Assembly: GCA_013265495.1 (NCBI GenBank) | Contig: MU058423.1 | Span: 447,061 to 511,060, forward strand | Direction: 5' to 3' | DNA from: Vicugna vicugna | Lineage: Eukaryota | DNA: 64,000 nt | Shown here: piece after piece, positions 49,041 through 63,300 of the stretch | Layout: every line of letters begins with the position of its first letter | Position numbering within the stretch: position 1 is the first letter of the stretch | The notes under the pieces: model-generated | Seen by the model: the letters and a program-made list of their open reading frames with translations, nothing else | What the model was told of the DNA's origin: nothing | Databases searched by the model: none | Made by a program: the position numbers and the translations under genes

Positions 49041-52000
49041 GTCACTCCATAAAACCTCCCACACGCACCACATCTTCCATCTCCCTCCTGAAGCTGCCGC
49101 CCGACTTGAGTGCTTTTAGAGTCTGCCAGGTTGTCGCCCTGTCTCCTGGCACCAGACAGGAAGGAGGCCCTCTGCCTCTGCAGTCCCCGTGCCTTTTCAC
49201 AGACTCTCAGAGTGGAGTGGAGGGTGGAGGCTTGAACTGGACCTGGGCCTTCAGGGAAGGAGCCCACCAAGGCTGACAGAGCCTGTGTCTGGGGGGCCGC
49301 TGCCCCATCTCGGGCCTGCAAAACCCATGCCCAGGACAGGGTTCTGCTGGGACCCCATGAAGTGCCACTGTGCTCCCCAAAGCCCCCAACCCCCCGCTGG
49401 ATGGCTCCTATCACACAGCTTTCCCTGACCAAGTCACTAAGACTTTTCATTTTAAGTTGCTTGCAATTGAGAGCCCAGAAGAAATAACCTCCTGCACGTT
49501 AACAGCTCCTTTTAAAATAGTTTCTGGAGCCTTCTCTGGCTTCTTTCTCTTCTTCCTTGTCCTCCTTAGCCTGGGACATGGCTGCACTGGTCCATCCCCC
49601 TCCACCCCCCCAGCGTGGCCACATCCAGTAGCAGAACCCTAACAAAGCCTTCTCAGGGAACTGTTTCCCTTTGAAAATCGATCTGACATCAGAGCTGTAA
49701 GAGATTGTAAACATTCTCCCGTCCAACCTCGGCATTTTACGGATGAGGGCACTGAGGCCAGAGAAGAGAGTGTTTATTCAAGTGCACTCAGTTTTTCAGC
49801 CCTCTTTATCCTTAAGGAGGATCTTGGTGGGATGTGGTGGGAAGGGGTAGCAGGGCGGTGGTGGCAGACGGGTGTTCAGATTCTTGTCATTTGACAAGGT
49901 CAGATATGTTGGCCTTTGCTACCTAGCACCACTCCCCACTCCCCCCAAATATCAAGGTGAAATGGTCTGCAAGTGACAGAGATGTGTGTACATGTGTGTG
50001 TCTGTGTGTAGTGGGTGGGGGTGAGGAAGTAGGGAGTGGGACTGATGCTAAAGAGAGAAGCCCTGTTCCAAAATGACCAGTGGGACAAATGGCAGACTTG
50101 GCCATATTCCTCCAGAATATTCTGGAATATTCTACATACACTCTTATGCAGAGGCTTGAGCCCTGGATAAAATGATCTCGGGAGTTTGCCTTTCCCTGAA
50201 ACTGGTGTGTGCTCATTTGCTGAGAACAGTTTCCAAGCTGGAGGAAAGGTTCCCAGGTGCCTAGCAGCTTTTTGGCACTCAGGAAATGTTAAATAGCCAT
50301 GATCATTAGTTGCAACAGAAAAGAATAAGCTGCATGAAATCCCATTTCCGACCTGCTCCCCTGATCAAAAAAGACAAAGCAAATGAGATTATCTCCTCCC
50401 TGCCCGGGGACAATCTCATTGCCTCTGCTCCATCGACCACATAACCGTGAGCGGCGTGATTGCCGTCTCTTCATAACAGATGTGAAACAAACCTTACGAG
50501 AGGCGTGAAGAGTTGCTGTTCAAACTCAGTTGCAAACTCTGCAATGAAATGAATTGGAGAACTGAAGCCTCCTTCCCCTCTGCCTCCAGGTTGGAGGCGC
50601 TCTCCCCGGCCCAGTCTGGGCCAGGCAGAGGAATAGTTTCCTTCAGCTTTTTGAAAAGAGACTCAGGCCCTGCTATGGCCCTGCGGCTGCAGGCCCTGAG
50701 CAGGTCAGTGGAGCAAGCACAGAAGGAGGGACCCACCTGCACGGGAGCTGCGTAGACACAGCCTGTGATAAGCGGGGCCAGACGCAGAGAGGGCTCCTTG
50801 GCAAGACTGTGATTAGACTCCCTTTCAGTTGGTGTAATTATTTGTAGGCAAGGTTGAGAGCTTTGGGGGAAGGGTGGAGTGAGGACTGCTGGTGGCAGGT
50901 CTTGCTCTTCCCTGATGTCCCCAACAATTCAGTACTGGCTCCAGACTTGCCTGTCCCACCTACTGAAATAAAAGCCTGACAGTTAAGGAGGACGATCTAG
51001 AAAGTACCCATAACCAGGACGTGCCCTAACCTCTGCCTGCTTTATCTCTGTGTATCTTCTTATCAACCCAACCACCACCTCCCCCTGACCCCAGTCCCAA
51101 TGAGGCTCAGCTAAGTATATAGTCCCTCCTGGTGGGGGGGGGGTGATCTGGCAAACACATTCTCTCTAGCATCTTACATCTCCATGAATATTCTAAACTA
51201 ACTCTCTTTATAGATGGCATCTGGGGTAGTGGCCTGGCTAGTCCGCCCTTGATTCTGTTTAGTCTGCAGGCCCTGCACCTTGCTGATCTGTTCAAGAATT
51301 CTGATCCTTGCTTTGTGGACCCTGATTCTGTTTTCTCTCTTGAGACTGATGCCAACCTTTTTTGTTCCGGCCCTCCTCTTCCTAGACTTCTTGGTATTGG
51401 CCTTCTAAGGTCCCAGAGAGGTTCAGATCTCTGTTCTCCTAATCAGATCAGTCGTCTTCCTGCCACTAAGTACCCCGTGTATCCACAGCACATCTCTGGC
51501 CAAAACGGAGTAGCTGGACAGCGGGCTTCCCAAGGGTTGGTGCTCTGCTGCCCCCTGGGGGCGCACATCCTAGAGGCCAATTTGGGAGACTAGTTTCCTT
51601 CCACTTCTAGTGTAAATCAAAGGAAAGCTTTGAAGCCAACATTCTTCCATCACACCCTTCCCCTTCTTCCCTTCTGCTTCTAAGCCCACAGATGTTTTCT
51701 CCAGCTGCACAACCCCCTGTGGAGGCCAGGTGAGGATGCCATGGTCTTCCTTCCAGCTCGGGGATGGAGACCTGTGGAGAGGAGGCTGGTTCCTTCCAAG
51801 CTGCCAGATCCTTTCATCGATGGAGAAAGCAATCACTGCAGATTTGCTCCAGCCTGGGCTCCGCTAGAATAAACACACATGTGCACATAACACCCACATG
51901 CCAAAAATTCAATTTCGGCAAACAACCAGACCCTGCTAATTAAAATGTCTAATCCATTTCAATGAATGCAACAATTAATTTAGCCAGACAGTAACTGTGC

Positions 52001-52814
52001 TATCTGAATACTCTTCCTTTTCATTCCCATCGAGTTGGCTGGAAGACTCATTCTCTGAGTGGGGTCCAAACCTTGTGATCTTTGAAGTAAATTTCACTGC
52101 TCAGCTTCCCTCCACAGAGGACCTCCCACCTCACCTGTCAGTGATGAGACTGACCCTGACTTTCAGGAAACGTCAGCCTGTTGGATGACTTCTGGTTGAA
52201 ACCAGTCTGATGGAGAGATACACAGCCTGGGTCAGACAATCCATCCTCTCCTTGGAAGGCTGCCTCTCTGCAGGTGCCTCTGCAGGTGAATTTCTGCCTG
52301 GAATGGGAAGATTTGGGGCCGGGAAGATTTGGGGCTGTGATAGCCTCCCATGTTCCCATTTCTGCTCCTTCCAAAGGGAATCAGAGAGATGAAAAGAAAG
52401 TTAGGGATTGGGACCCAGGGAAAGAGAGAAGAAAGTCTTTTGCCTGTACAATTTGCATATACAAAAGATAAACATCAGAGACATTCTCTGCCCATCACTA
52501 GGGTGCAGACCCAGGGTCTAAGGGCTGTTGCCTGCCTCTTCACCTGGTCTACTCTGCCTCCTGACTCTCATCTTGAAACATTTATTGAGTTTCTCCTCCA
52601 TGTAAGGCCCTGAGTTGGTTGCTGGACAGAGACAAAAAGGGACATAAAGATGTATCAGTAAACAGTGCTGTGCGCCCTGAAAGAGTCATGTGAAACTGCA
52701 GCCCTCGCCCCAGAATGCCCATGGAAGGCACTGGGGGCCCTAGCTGGACCGAGGGAGATGGCAGGACTCTTGATGAGGTGTTTGCAATGGCAAGAGTGCC
52801 ATCTTCACTGAGAT

Positions 52815-53710
52815 TCAGGAGTAGGTCCAGGGTTTGGGGGTGCTAAAGCTTATTAATTGAGAGGGAGGTTATTTAAGAAAAAAAACCAAAACTGTGAGTA
52901 CAGAAATAAGTATAAAATCAAGTATTAATTTCAAGTAAGAAAATGGATCAGAGTAAACTATATGCTTAAAAAACTGACAATGCCACCAACACCACAAAAT
53001 CCAGAAAAATAATAGAAAATAAAATGAATCAGCTGACTTTCTCCCTGCAGTTTTTGGTTGCACACTCTTTGATGTTTCTTTATAACATAACAGTTTTGAA
53101 ATGTATTTTCCAAAGAGAGAGTAGAAAGCTATTTCTGTCTTTCCTCTCACACAGTTGATCAAAAGTTGTTTTTATATTGTTGATGGTTGGGATTCATAAA
53201 ACACACAGGCGTTCTTGCTTTTGTGGTAATGCTCTAGTTTTGGGCTCTGCAACTCTGGAATTGTGAGAAATTCATCCCAAGAGCCATAGACATGTTCACC
53301 CCACACTACGACCTCGGGTCCTGCACCCAGGGTCATGGTGCCGGGCAATTTGGCACAGTGGGTGGAAAGTGTCTTCAAGTCATTTCTAAGCAATAACTTA
53401 ACTGTATGCAAAACTGTGAAATAGCAAAATATAATGAATGGAACTAAAAGTTTTTCCAATCCAACTTCCCCTGGGCTGGATCCCTAAATGCCCATGGCTC
53501 CTCTGGCATCCTTGATGTGAGGAGAAGTGTGATGGAGGGAGGCTAGGATGGAAGGAGATACTAGCTTATAATCAATTTGGGTTAAAATATTTTACTTTAG
53601 AAAGTGTTACCAACACATAAGATCACACGAACACCTTGCCAGGGCCCTTCCCAGAACCTCTAAGGGGTCTGATGGGTAAGACTTCAATGGCATCAGAATC
53701 ATTTGGCACT
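52815..53710. mobile_element. hAT-Tip100 DNA transposon remnant (Zaphod/MER115-like)
   Basis: ggtccagggtttgggggtgctaaagcttattaattg...tttaagaaaaaaaaccaaaactgtgagtacagaaat start; AT-rich body; gccagggccc end motif. Confidence 0.6.
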
Positions 53711-53794
53711 ACTTAGGTGATAAACTTATTTGGGATGGTGATGGCAATTGCAAGAGAGATGAATCTCTCCTTGCTCACCCCTTGGAGCTGAAGA

Positions 53795-53990
53795 GGGAGT
53801 GTTTCATAGTAATTAAGGGCATAGATTTCGGACTCCGCAGTTCTGGGTTCATGTTCTGGCTCTTCAGTTTAGGTTTTCTGTGACTTTGGGCAAACCACCT
53901 AAACCCCAGCTTTCTCATTTAATAATGGAACTGATAATGACAGATAAATGTGAGAGAGCATGTAAATTGTAAAGCACAGAACAGGCAATC
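53795..53990 (+). mobile_element. MIR SINE
   Basis: ctgggttcatgttctggctct...ctgtgactttgggcaaaccacctaa. Confidence 0.7.
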
Positions 53991-55069
53991 AACGCTGGCT
54001 GTTTTTGATTTTTCAGAGAAAGGAGAGATATCTTCCAACTTCTGGGGCAGTGGGGTGAGGATGCAGGGGAGAGTTCACACTGCTGACGTGGTTACCCTGT
54101 ATCTCTCTGAATTCTTTATCTTGCTCTTTGCTGGGATTTGACAAATAGGAGACCAGTCTGGCAGAGCTGTCGCTGGTACCAGGCTGAAGCAGTGCTCTTT
54201 CAGGCGTGCGCTGGGTCCTTGCATGACAGAATCACGCTTCCTGGGCCTGAAGGGTCACTCCCAGCGCTGGCTGCAGCGGATGACTTGTCTTCACATTTGA
54301 GTAGGCTCTTCCTGGGAGCGAGTAGAAGCTGCCCGCAAGTGCTGGCCTCTAGCAGGCTGATGGGCAGTGCAATTTATTTTATGCTGAAATGACATCGGGA
54401 CAATGATGCCTTCCTGCAGATGACAATTTGGGTTCTGTAACTGCTAGCCTTGAGGCAGGGGGAGCTGTCCCCCTTTCTCCTCTCAACACCTGCCAGTGTA
54501 GCAGGGATGGCAGCTGCCGGCCCTTCTGGGAAAAGAGGCTGAGAATCTCCTATCCACCTGTTGGAGCCTCAGCCCACAATATCATGCAGCAGTCTTTTTG
54601 AGCCACGCAGGAGCCAGAGAGGACGGGATCCGGAGTCCAAAGCATTAGCCTGGATGTGCCATTGTGCCCAAAGGTTTCTGCCTTGTTTGGATTCAGCACT
54701 GTTCTACAAGTTCCTGCCCATTGATTCAGGAGATTGTTACAAACCCAATAGTTTATTCATGGTAATTCTTACACGTCTATTTTCAAGATACAGAAAATAG
54801 AGGCATAGAAGCCATCAGACTGGGCAAAATGGAAATTAGAGCCCAAGACTGTATGTTATATTTCTCATGAGAAACCCCACCTCCCTCTCATTTGCCTATA
54901 TTTGTACCTTTATTGCAGTTGCATCATGCCTAATACAGTTTTTGGCACATCAGTTAGTACTAATTTGTTGACTAGCTGATTGCATTCTGAGATGAATAAT
55001 AATTTGGACCAGGTAATTAATTTCTATTATTCTACTGTGAGCAGGGGGAAAGAAGATGAGCATATGCTT

Positions 55070-55400
55070 TCTTTCATTCACTTACTCACTCTAGAAACAT
55101 CTCCTGCATGCTTACCATGTCCTAGGCACTGTGCTGTGCGTTGGAGATAGAACAGTACACAGCTCCAGGAGCTACGTCTCAAGAGCAACAGAGAAGCACC
55201 TAACACATTACCTCAGGGGAAGTACCTGGTGCTGTGGGAACACAGTCCAGGGGCGCTTAACCCAGACAAGGGGTGCAGGGGGTGATGGTCAGGGAAGGCT
55301 TGTCAGAGGTGTTGAAATCTGACATGGGACCTGAGGGAAGTGTGGGACTTTGCCTGGTGAACAGTGAGTGGAGAGGGGAAGGTGAAACTGGTCTCTGGAT
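55070..55400 (-). mobile_element. L2 LINE 3' fragment
   Basis: ttcattcacttactcac...taccatgtcctaggcactgtgctgtgcgttggagatag...ggtcagggaaggcttgtcagagg. Confidence 0.75.
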
Positions 55401-55534
55401 CTCTGGTCCAGGACACCATGGAGTTTCTGGTCTAGGAAAAGAATTGGGCAAAGAGAAAAAGGTGATTGCAATAGTGTGCCCATACTGGCATGGGGGAAGG
55501 ATGGTGTTTAAGGGAGTTTTTACCAATTAAATGT

Positions 55535-55890
55535 CTTTGGAGGCAAACAACTGAATTGATTCCAGGCAGCCCAAGATGAAGGCAACTATGGTTGCTCACA
55601 GAATAAAGGAAAACCTGAACAACCAGAGCATTCCAGAATCCTCACTAGAAGACCCTCCTGGATCTCATCTCCAGGACAATGAGTGCCATGAGCTCCACCT
55701 GCCTGGTCTCTGGGTGCTCAAGTCATCATCTTCCTGGAAGAAAGAATCTGATTGGTCCAGAATAGGTCAGCTGTCTCTACCCTTTGACCAATCAGACATG
55801 GGATGGAAACAGGATTGTGAGTCGACACAGCCAATGAGGGACTCCCTTGAATCCTACATTCAGCTTGGTGTTTTGTTTCCTACAGTGTGA
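55535..55890 (-). mobile_element. Old MaLR (MLT1-type) LTR
   Basis: gaaagaatctgattggtccagaataggtcagctgtctctaccctttgaccaatcag. Confidence 0.6.
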
Positions 55891-57899
55891 ATGGGAAGGA
55901 AGGCTACATCGCTAAATGCAAGTGCAGCAGGGAGGTAGGAAGTTAGGGAAGATTTCCTAATACTTTCACTGAGTCTTTATGGGGCAGGGAGCAGTCTGGC
56001 ATTTATTTACAAGGCCCATGAATTTCTTTTTTTTCTGTGCCAACCATCCCTCCCCATGAATGGATCTCACACAACTGCTAGACTTCGGTATGTCCTCTGA
56101 CGTCTCTGACAAGCTCTGGAAATGGCTGCGTCCTGGGAATTTTCCAAGGCTGGAACTTGAAGAGGCCGGGGGAGGGAGGAAGGTGTGTGTGTAAGTGTGG
56201 GGCAGTGGAGAAACGCTCTAGACAGCTGAGGAGTCAAGAGAAATGTGCTACTTTCCTAAGTCTAATTTGGGTTTATCCAAGTGAATAATTTCTCAGGCAG
56301 CCAGGAGGAGCTATAAACCCCATGAGACCAGGGCTGCTAGGCATTCAGGCTGTAGCTGTGACAGCTTCAAATTGGACTCAAGCTCAGCTTTGGGACCTGG
56401 GAGGTCCTTGACTGCTTCACTCTATCCACCAGGCCCAGGGCACCATTCCCAGAGGCTGAGACCATTACTCTGCCACGTCTTTGCAGAGGCATGAAAGGGG
56501 CAGAGGAGTCTTTAGCTACTTAACTTCTCTTTACTTGCTTATCAGGCAAATGGCTTGATACCCCCCTGGCCTGGAGAGTGGGAAGGAGCCTGGCTCTGAA
56601 TAACCACGTCTCCTCAGGCTGGACACCCTCTGGCCCCTTCTTCATGCCTACGGGTGCTCTGGGCCAGTTGGATGGGCAGTTGCTCTTAGTCTCTTAGAAT
56701 TCTAGACCATCAAATCTAGAAGATTCTTCAGATGTCTTTTATTTAGTGCATCATTTAATTTTATAGAAAAGAAAGTCATGCCTGGAGAGTGGTTAAGACT
56801 TGCCTAAGATGCACCAGCTAATTCATGATAGAACCGGCACCAGAATCAAGACCTCCCAAAGCCCGGTTGAGCCACCACTTACATTGCCTCTCACATCCTC
56901 ACTTGCCATGGGAGGGCTGAACGTGCTGGGACCCGAGAGACAGCTTTCTCCCTTGCTGTGTCCCCTTCCCTAAAGGCCAGAGTTGTTTTCCAGCCAGCTC
57001 TAGGGTATGGAACAACTCCAGAACCTCCTTCCCTGCCATGAAGCTTTTTCCCTTGGGTAGGGAGCTCCTGGGACCAAGAGTCAGACCCAGGCTTCACTGA
57101 GGAGAAGGAGCCACCTGATTCTCAGAACATGCTCCTTAGAATTTTATCACCAGTTTAAGAAACTCCTATTCCCAGCCCCTGAGGACAAGTGTGCCATTAG
57201 TAGGAGGCCCCTCATCATGTCTAAATGACAGAAAAGAGGAAACAAATTGGCGGGGTTAGGCCCTTTGTCAACCTGGGGACATGTACTTCGGGCAATTTTG
57301 TATGGACAGGGTAGTAACAGCAGTGGTTCCAGCACGTGGAGATCTCCCTGTCATCCAGGGATGATGGGACCAGTTCAAGGCCCGCTGCTTTGCCTGACTC
57401 TCAGAACCTATAGGCCCATCAGATGAGAGAGGATCTGAGCCTTTCAGGGAGTACTTCTTTGGAACTTGAAATGCCAAGCTCACAACTCCAGGGACAATGA
57501 TCTTCTCTCTTCCTTAAGGAGTGATATATCCGCCCCCACCCCCAACACTTTTTTTTTTTTGATAGGAAACAGAAGGATTGATCAAAAGGAGAGAGAGAAG
57601 AGTTTCAAGACCTTTCCATATGGTGGATTTTGTGCGTGGACACAAGTGTGCACACATGTGTGCTCATTCCAGGCCAGTTCACGATGAATGAACAGCCACC
57701 ATCAATATCCAGAGATAAGCCTTGTTCCTTTTTCTCTGATAGTTTCTGGGTACTCAGTAAATACAATACTCACTAGACATGGGGATGGGTCCCACTTGAG
57801 GGTCAACCTGGATGCCTCTTTACCTTAGGGACAAATAACAATGATCTACTGTAGGGAGAAATGACACAATAATTTTCTTTCCTCGTCAGTCCTTCCTGA

Positions 57900-58130
57900 A
57901 ATGATAAGAACTCACACAGCTGGGCAAGGGCTCTCTGCTAGGCACTCTTCTAAGTGCTTTCACACACTGAACTCATGGATCCTCACGAAGACTCTGCATG
58001 TAATTTTATTTTCCTTACTGTACAGATGAAGTCACTAAGGCACTGAGAGGTTAAGTAACTTGTCACACTGGCAGTAAGAGGTGGAGCCAAGAATTAAACT
58101 CCGGTAGCTTGGCTCCAGTTCCTTGTTCTT
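57900..58130 (-). mobile_element. MIR SINE
   Basis: tacagatgaagtcactaaggcactgagaggttaagtaacttgtcacac. Confidence 0.75.
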
Positions 58131-58274
58131 AGCTGCCCTGTGATGATGATTTTTCTTCCTCTCCCTCCCCTCCCTCCTCCTCCTCTCCTCCCTCCTCCTC
58201 CTTTTCTTCTAGTTCTTCTTTTTGATAATTACTATTCTTAAGGCCCATGGCTGAATAACTGCTCTGATACCTAC

Positions 58275-58990
58275 TGCTATAGAATCTGACAGTTGCAGGG
58301 TTGAAAGAAAGTCTAAAGTACGTCTAACCCAATATCTACTTGGGATGGATGTGTCAGGGAGAAGACTGCCCGAGGTACATCCTCCAGCCTCCACCCAGCT
58401 AAGTAGTTTCTAGGATATTTGACCACTGTTGCTGGCACTCACTTGCCTCCCCCAGAGTCCACAAAGTACAGGTCGTTCTCGCTGGCAGATAGATCAGTCC
58501 CTAGTTCAGTGCCAGTTTCCCTGCACGACCCCCACTGCATAGTTGTGCAGGCAACATTGAACAGGCTCCAGGAATGGGGCCCTTTGCTGTCCTACAGAGC
58601 AGCTCCTGGAATCTCTTCGATAATTGTGATTATTGAGAGTTGTGGCTTGCAGTCAACTTAAATTTGCCTTCCCATAGCCTCCTGTCCACTAATGGAACAG
58701 ATCTGAGCCCCCAACCACAGGGCAACCTTTTCAATATTTAGAGAAAGTCTTCACCTACACCCAGAATCTTCTGTTTCCCAGGTGGCACCTTCTCAGTTCT
58801 TTCAATGACAGAGTTTCAGGACCAACCTAGCCTCTCAATTGTTGGTCTACGTTCCTGTTAAGATACCACTGAGCTTTGGCCCCATAAGAACAAAGCATAG
58901 CAGGGCAGCCCCTCCTACCTTGCAGAGATTCTATTAATGAAGCTTAAGATGAAAGTCACTCTAGACAACTTCATCCCAGGCTACTTAAAG
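58275..58990 (-). mobile_element. CR1/L3-like LINE remnants
   Basis: tagaatctgacagttgcagggttgaaagaaagtctaaag...caaccttttcaatatttagag...aatcttctgtttccccagg. Confidence 0.45.
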
Positions 58991-59189
58991 GGCTTATGAC
59001 TGATCATCTGAGGCATCAGAGGAAATACTTGTATCTCCACATAGGAATCATTTGGAGATTTTAAAAAATACTAGAAATTCTTATTTAATTGATCTGGTAT
59101 GCAGTGGGGGGTGTTAGGATTTTAAAAATTCTCCAGGTATTTCTAATGTACAGCCAAGGTTGAAAAACCACTGGCCTTACTAAAACCAC

Positions 59190-59315
59190 ACCAGACTGTG
59201 ATTTTTATGAGATCAGAGATTTGGTTTTGATTCACTGCTGTATTCCCACCAACAACAAACATAACTGACATATAGGAAATCTTGCTCGAAAGCATTTATT
59301 AATGAATGAATGAAT
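59190..59315 (+). mobile_element. L2 LINE 3' end
   Basis: ttcactgctgtattccc...tgacatatagg...atttattaatgaatgaatgaat. Confidence 0.7.
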
Positions 59316-60189
59316 CCTTTGCACATGGCTGGGTGTATATTCATCATTTCGTTAACTCACCTTGGTAAAATGATGATTCAAAAGCATCAAGAGACCATCT
59401 CTGCCTTGGACGGGGAAGGTTGGAGGTGCTTATGTCTGGGCCCTGGCCAACACACAGTTAAAATCATCTAAGTAGGACAGAACAAAGCTTGTTGGCACAT
59501 GGAGAGGGCTCTTGGGTCACAGAGCCTGTGAAGGAGACTGAGTGGAGAACATGGCGACAATTTTGTGTTTAATTAACATGGCTCCAGAGGGATCAGGAGC
59601 AGAATTTAATGGAGGCCAAGATTACCCACAGACAGGAGAGAGGGTCAGCTCAGATCAAAGGGAGCAGCTGGAGGCATGGAATAAGGCCTTGTTGAGAAGC
59701 TGCAGGCAAAATATCTCCTTTCACAGGCTGGAGGTTTTGTGAGGCATTTGAGACAACAGGGCCTGTTGTGCAGGCAGTAGCAGTATCTGACTGTCTGGGT
59801 GATCTTCCTGCGTCCAGGATACTGCCTCCATGGAGACCTGAGATGCTCACCTTCTCCCTCCCCTTCTACCTTCCATTCTGTGTTGTGTGGGGAGCCATGC
59901 AGTGGGTTCCCGGGGCGGGGGGAATCAACACAGAACCCACATAGAGGGAATGAAGGAAGGACGCTGAGTTTGAGAGGAAAGAGTACAAACTGAGAGCATG
60001 AGTGTGATGGGGTGCCAGGCTCAGGAAATGGAGCAGAAAGAAACTGTTAAGGAGCAGCTTTCTAAAGGGCAGGCATTGTGAAAATACTATAAATGAAGGA
60101 AGGGATGTGCATGGACAGAGGATTTAATGTGCTTTAGGGGTGGCAAGATGGAAGGTTCAGAGTCTTTCCCTTGGTAGCAGGGAGGAGGA

Positions 60190-60370
60190 GCTGCTAATGT
60201 GTGCATTATCTCACTTAATCCTCATAACTCCCCTATAAGGTTGAGTGTGTCAACCCATTTTATAGATGAGTATGCTGAGGCTCCCAGAGATTGAGTGACT
60301 TGCTTAAAGTCACCAAACCAAGTTAAGAAAAGAGTTGAATTACACATACATTTGCCTGTCTCAGAAGCAT
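60190..60370 (-). mobile_element. MIR SINE
   Basis: atctcacttaatcctcataactcccctataagg...cccattttatagatgagtatgctgaggctc. Confidence 0.75.
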
Positions 60371-60399
60371 GAGTTCAAGAGAGGGAAGCACAGATGGAT

Positions 60400-63300
60400 G
60401 GAGAAGGCTAAAAAGTCAAATCTCAATGTTTAAAAAAGCTAAGTCTATACTGATGCAAATAATGTAGGTGATACTGTCTTCCTTCCAATTGCCCAATCTA
60501 TGCAGAAAATACAGACCATCAGGAGGCTGTAAATTATCTGTAGGAGAAAACACATCACTGTTCCAACTCAACTTGCCAAAGTCTTGCCTTCCATGTTCCC
60601 TTAAGATGGGACACTCTCCTAAATAGGTGGGTCAAATCCTCCATCCTTGATGTCACTATAGTTGAAATATAGATACGGTTTCTTTGTGGTTGGTATTTAA
60701 GAGTTCCTCCTCCATTAGCTTGCACTTGTTTCTTTTCTTTTCATTCAGCACTCAGTCCATCCAGATTTTTAAATTGGTGTGTAATGCAAACATTCACTTT
60801 TGAGAGATTTGATTTCTTGGTAGTTTTATCTGCTCAGGGTTGCCATGGTTTCCCATCAGTCTATTACCACTGGAAATAGATGTACCGTAAGTTGCCTTAG
60901 GGTGTCCCATGTGCTCCATTCATACTCTTTTTTGGACTCAATGTGTTGCAACAATCTTATTTCCTCTACATGATCTAGAGCAAGTACTCTAAGCCATACA
61001 GTAATCTCATTTTTTGTTTTGTTTTGTTTTTGGCCTGTTCATTCAGTGGGAATAGGTACTACCAATGGCTAGGTTAGAGCCTCCGCTTTCAATTCAATGA
61101 ACCAATGGTTTCCTGGTAGAAGCAGTCTTGTTTGAGTGCTAAAAATTTACTAACATTTTTGGTGTAAGAGTGAGAAGTGCCATCCCCACTTCCACCTCCT
61201 TGGTTTTAGACTCCTGCTTTCCGGCTATGTAAGAAACAGCAATATATGGTTCAAAGAATATACCTCAGCCATGGAAGTTGAGGGAGGAGTAGCAACACCT
61301 TAGGAGCAGGCATACTGGGAGTATAACCTCGTGAAATTCACTTGTACCATTAGGACTTTCTTGAGCTTGGTCCTCCGTATATTACTTCCATAGACAATGG
61401 TGTGTTGATGGGCCTGCCTGATTTATAGTTAGGTGGATCAGCTAACATCTAGTTCAGGGTGGGTAGCTGAAGATTCCTGATTATGTGGTGTCTAATGATC
61501 ATGCATTCAACCAGGGCCTAGTAGAAAACTAACAGCCTATCTTAAAAAGAGAACACATAGTAATTTGCTAAAGAGAACCTAACTTTCTCAAAACCTCAGG
61601 GGCCTATTTTACAATTTTCCTGTCCAGCTTTGCTTCAGACTCCGTACAGCACCCTGATGTGCCAGGACAGCTGAAGTACCATTGGATCTTGTGGATCAGA
61701 AGAGCCAAGGGAAGGGATGATCACACTGCAGGCTGAACTAGTTAGCGAGCCTTCTCTTCCTCTGAATTCTACTCAAAGTTGGCAGCCTTATTGGTCACCT
61801 GGAAAGTGGATTGGAGCAGTAAGCACAATGTGGCATATATTGTTGCTTAAATCCAAAGAGACCCTCAAAATGCTACGCCCCTTTTTTTTTTCATTGTAAG
61901 AGGAACAAGTTATGGAAAATTGTCTTTTATTTTGTGGGGAATGACTGAACATTCTCAACCACTGAGCCATCCCTGTCATGGAGGTAGAAGTCCCCTGTAC
62001 TTTTGAGGTATTTTTCTCACATCTCCGGTGTACATGAACCTTACCAAGGCATCCGTTGAGCCACTACTTCTTGCTTTTCACATCGTATCATGTTAACATT
62101 CTTGTGAACCACCTGTTCTTGGTGGATGGGTGACATGATCGAGATCTCAGAAAACTTATTGGTGGCACAGTTCTGGGGGTAGACACTCTCGTTACAGCTT
62201 GATGGTATTAGGGTACTCTTGTCCCTACCAGGTGAAAGTTTCAGGTGTCCTCTGCTTAAGGAGAGAGGAATCATATCTGCAGTAGAGCTGCATTATAGGT
62301 GCCAGGGATTATGTTGATTAGTTTCAGTAAAAAGACCACGTCTGGAGCTGTGCTTTTAACTGAAATTACCACTTGATTATGTTTATATTTATCCATGGCC
62401 ATTTGTGAAGGCCCCATGGTCTTCCCAATTCACCACACTAGACAGTTAACTCAGAATGGAAGAGAAGTTTCTACCTCTGTATCTTTCAAATATTTAAGGG
62501 TGGTGCTAAATTTCTGTGATTCTCCCATGGAGAAGTCTTGCATTTTATTTACCATTTTGGTAGCATGAGGGAACTCCGGGTGTTTCTACTTGACTCTTCC
62601 TGCCTAGGAACCTATATTCCTTTGCTGTCTAGTCAGAGAGTCTGCATGAGGATGCTGCCAGTTACTAAACATGTCTATTCTAGCTGTATGCCCAGTAACT
62701 GGGAAAATGACCAAAAGACTGGACGTGAGGTCCTACTGGGCCTACATGAGGTAGACATCAGTAAAAGTCTGTTTTATGCCTGTCTTCCATGCATACCCAC
62801 TCTGACACCATCATAGTGTTCTACATCTTCAGATTTTGCTGCTGTCTTTAAGTCAAGCCAGTCTCTAATAATTTTGACAAGGACTTTGGGTATTTCCTTT
62901 TTCCTAGTTCACAGATACTCAAGTATATTTTTGCAGGCATTTGGGGACTTCTAGGGAAAAGATTCAGGGTATAATTGCCATGTAATTGTAGATTTCTTAC
63001 TCAAGGGTACCCAACTTTCCCATCATACACAGAAAACTGAGTCTGTGAACTGACTCAGGTATGGGGATTAAGTAGGGACTATGCATCATTAGGCTAGTTT
63101 AGGCTTCATTAACAGAAAGTATTAACCTTAAGAAAAAGTATCTCATGGAATGAAAAGTTTGAAGGCAGGAAATACCGGGGTTGTTAATTCAACAACTCAG
63201 AAGTACCATTAAAGACCTGGGCTCTTTGCATGCCTTTGCTCTGTCCTTCTTGGTGTGTTGGTTTACTGCACTCCGTGGTTGCAAGTTGCCTGCCAGAACC

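Noticed and set aside
61645..61680. Split REST/RE1 site (CAGCACC...GGACAGC)
   Set aside because: Imperfect half sites inside decayed ERV-L sequence; probably chance.
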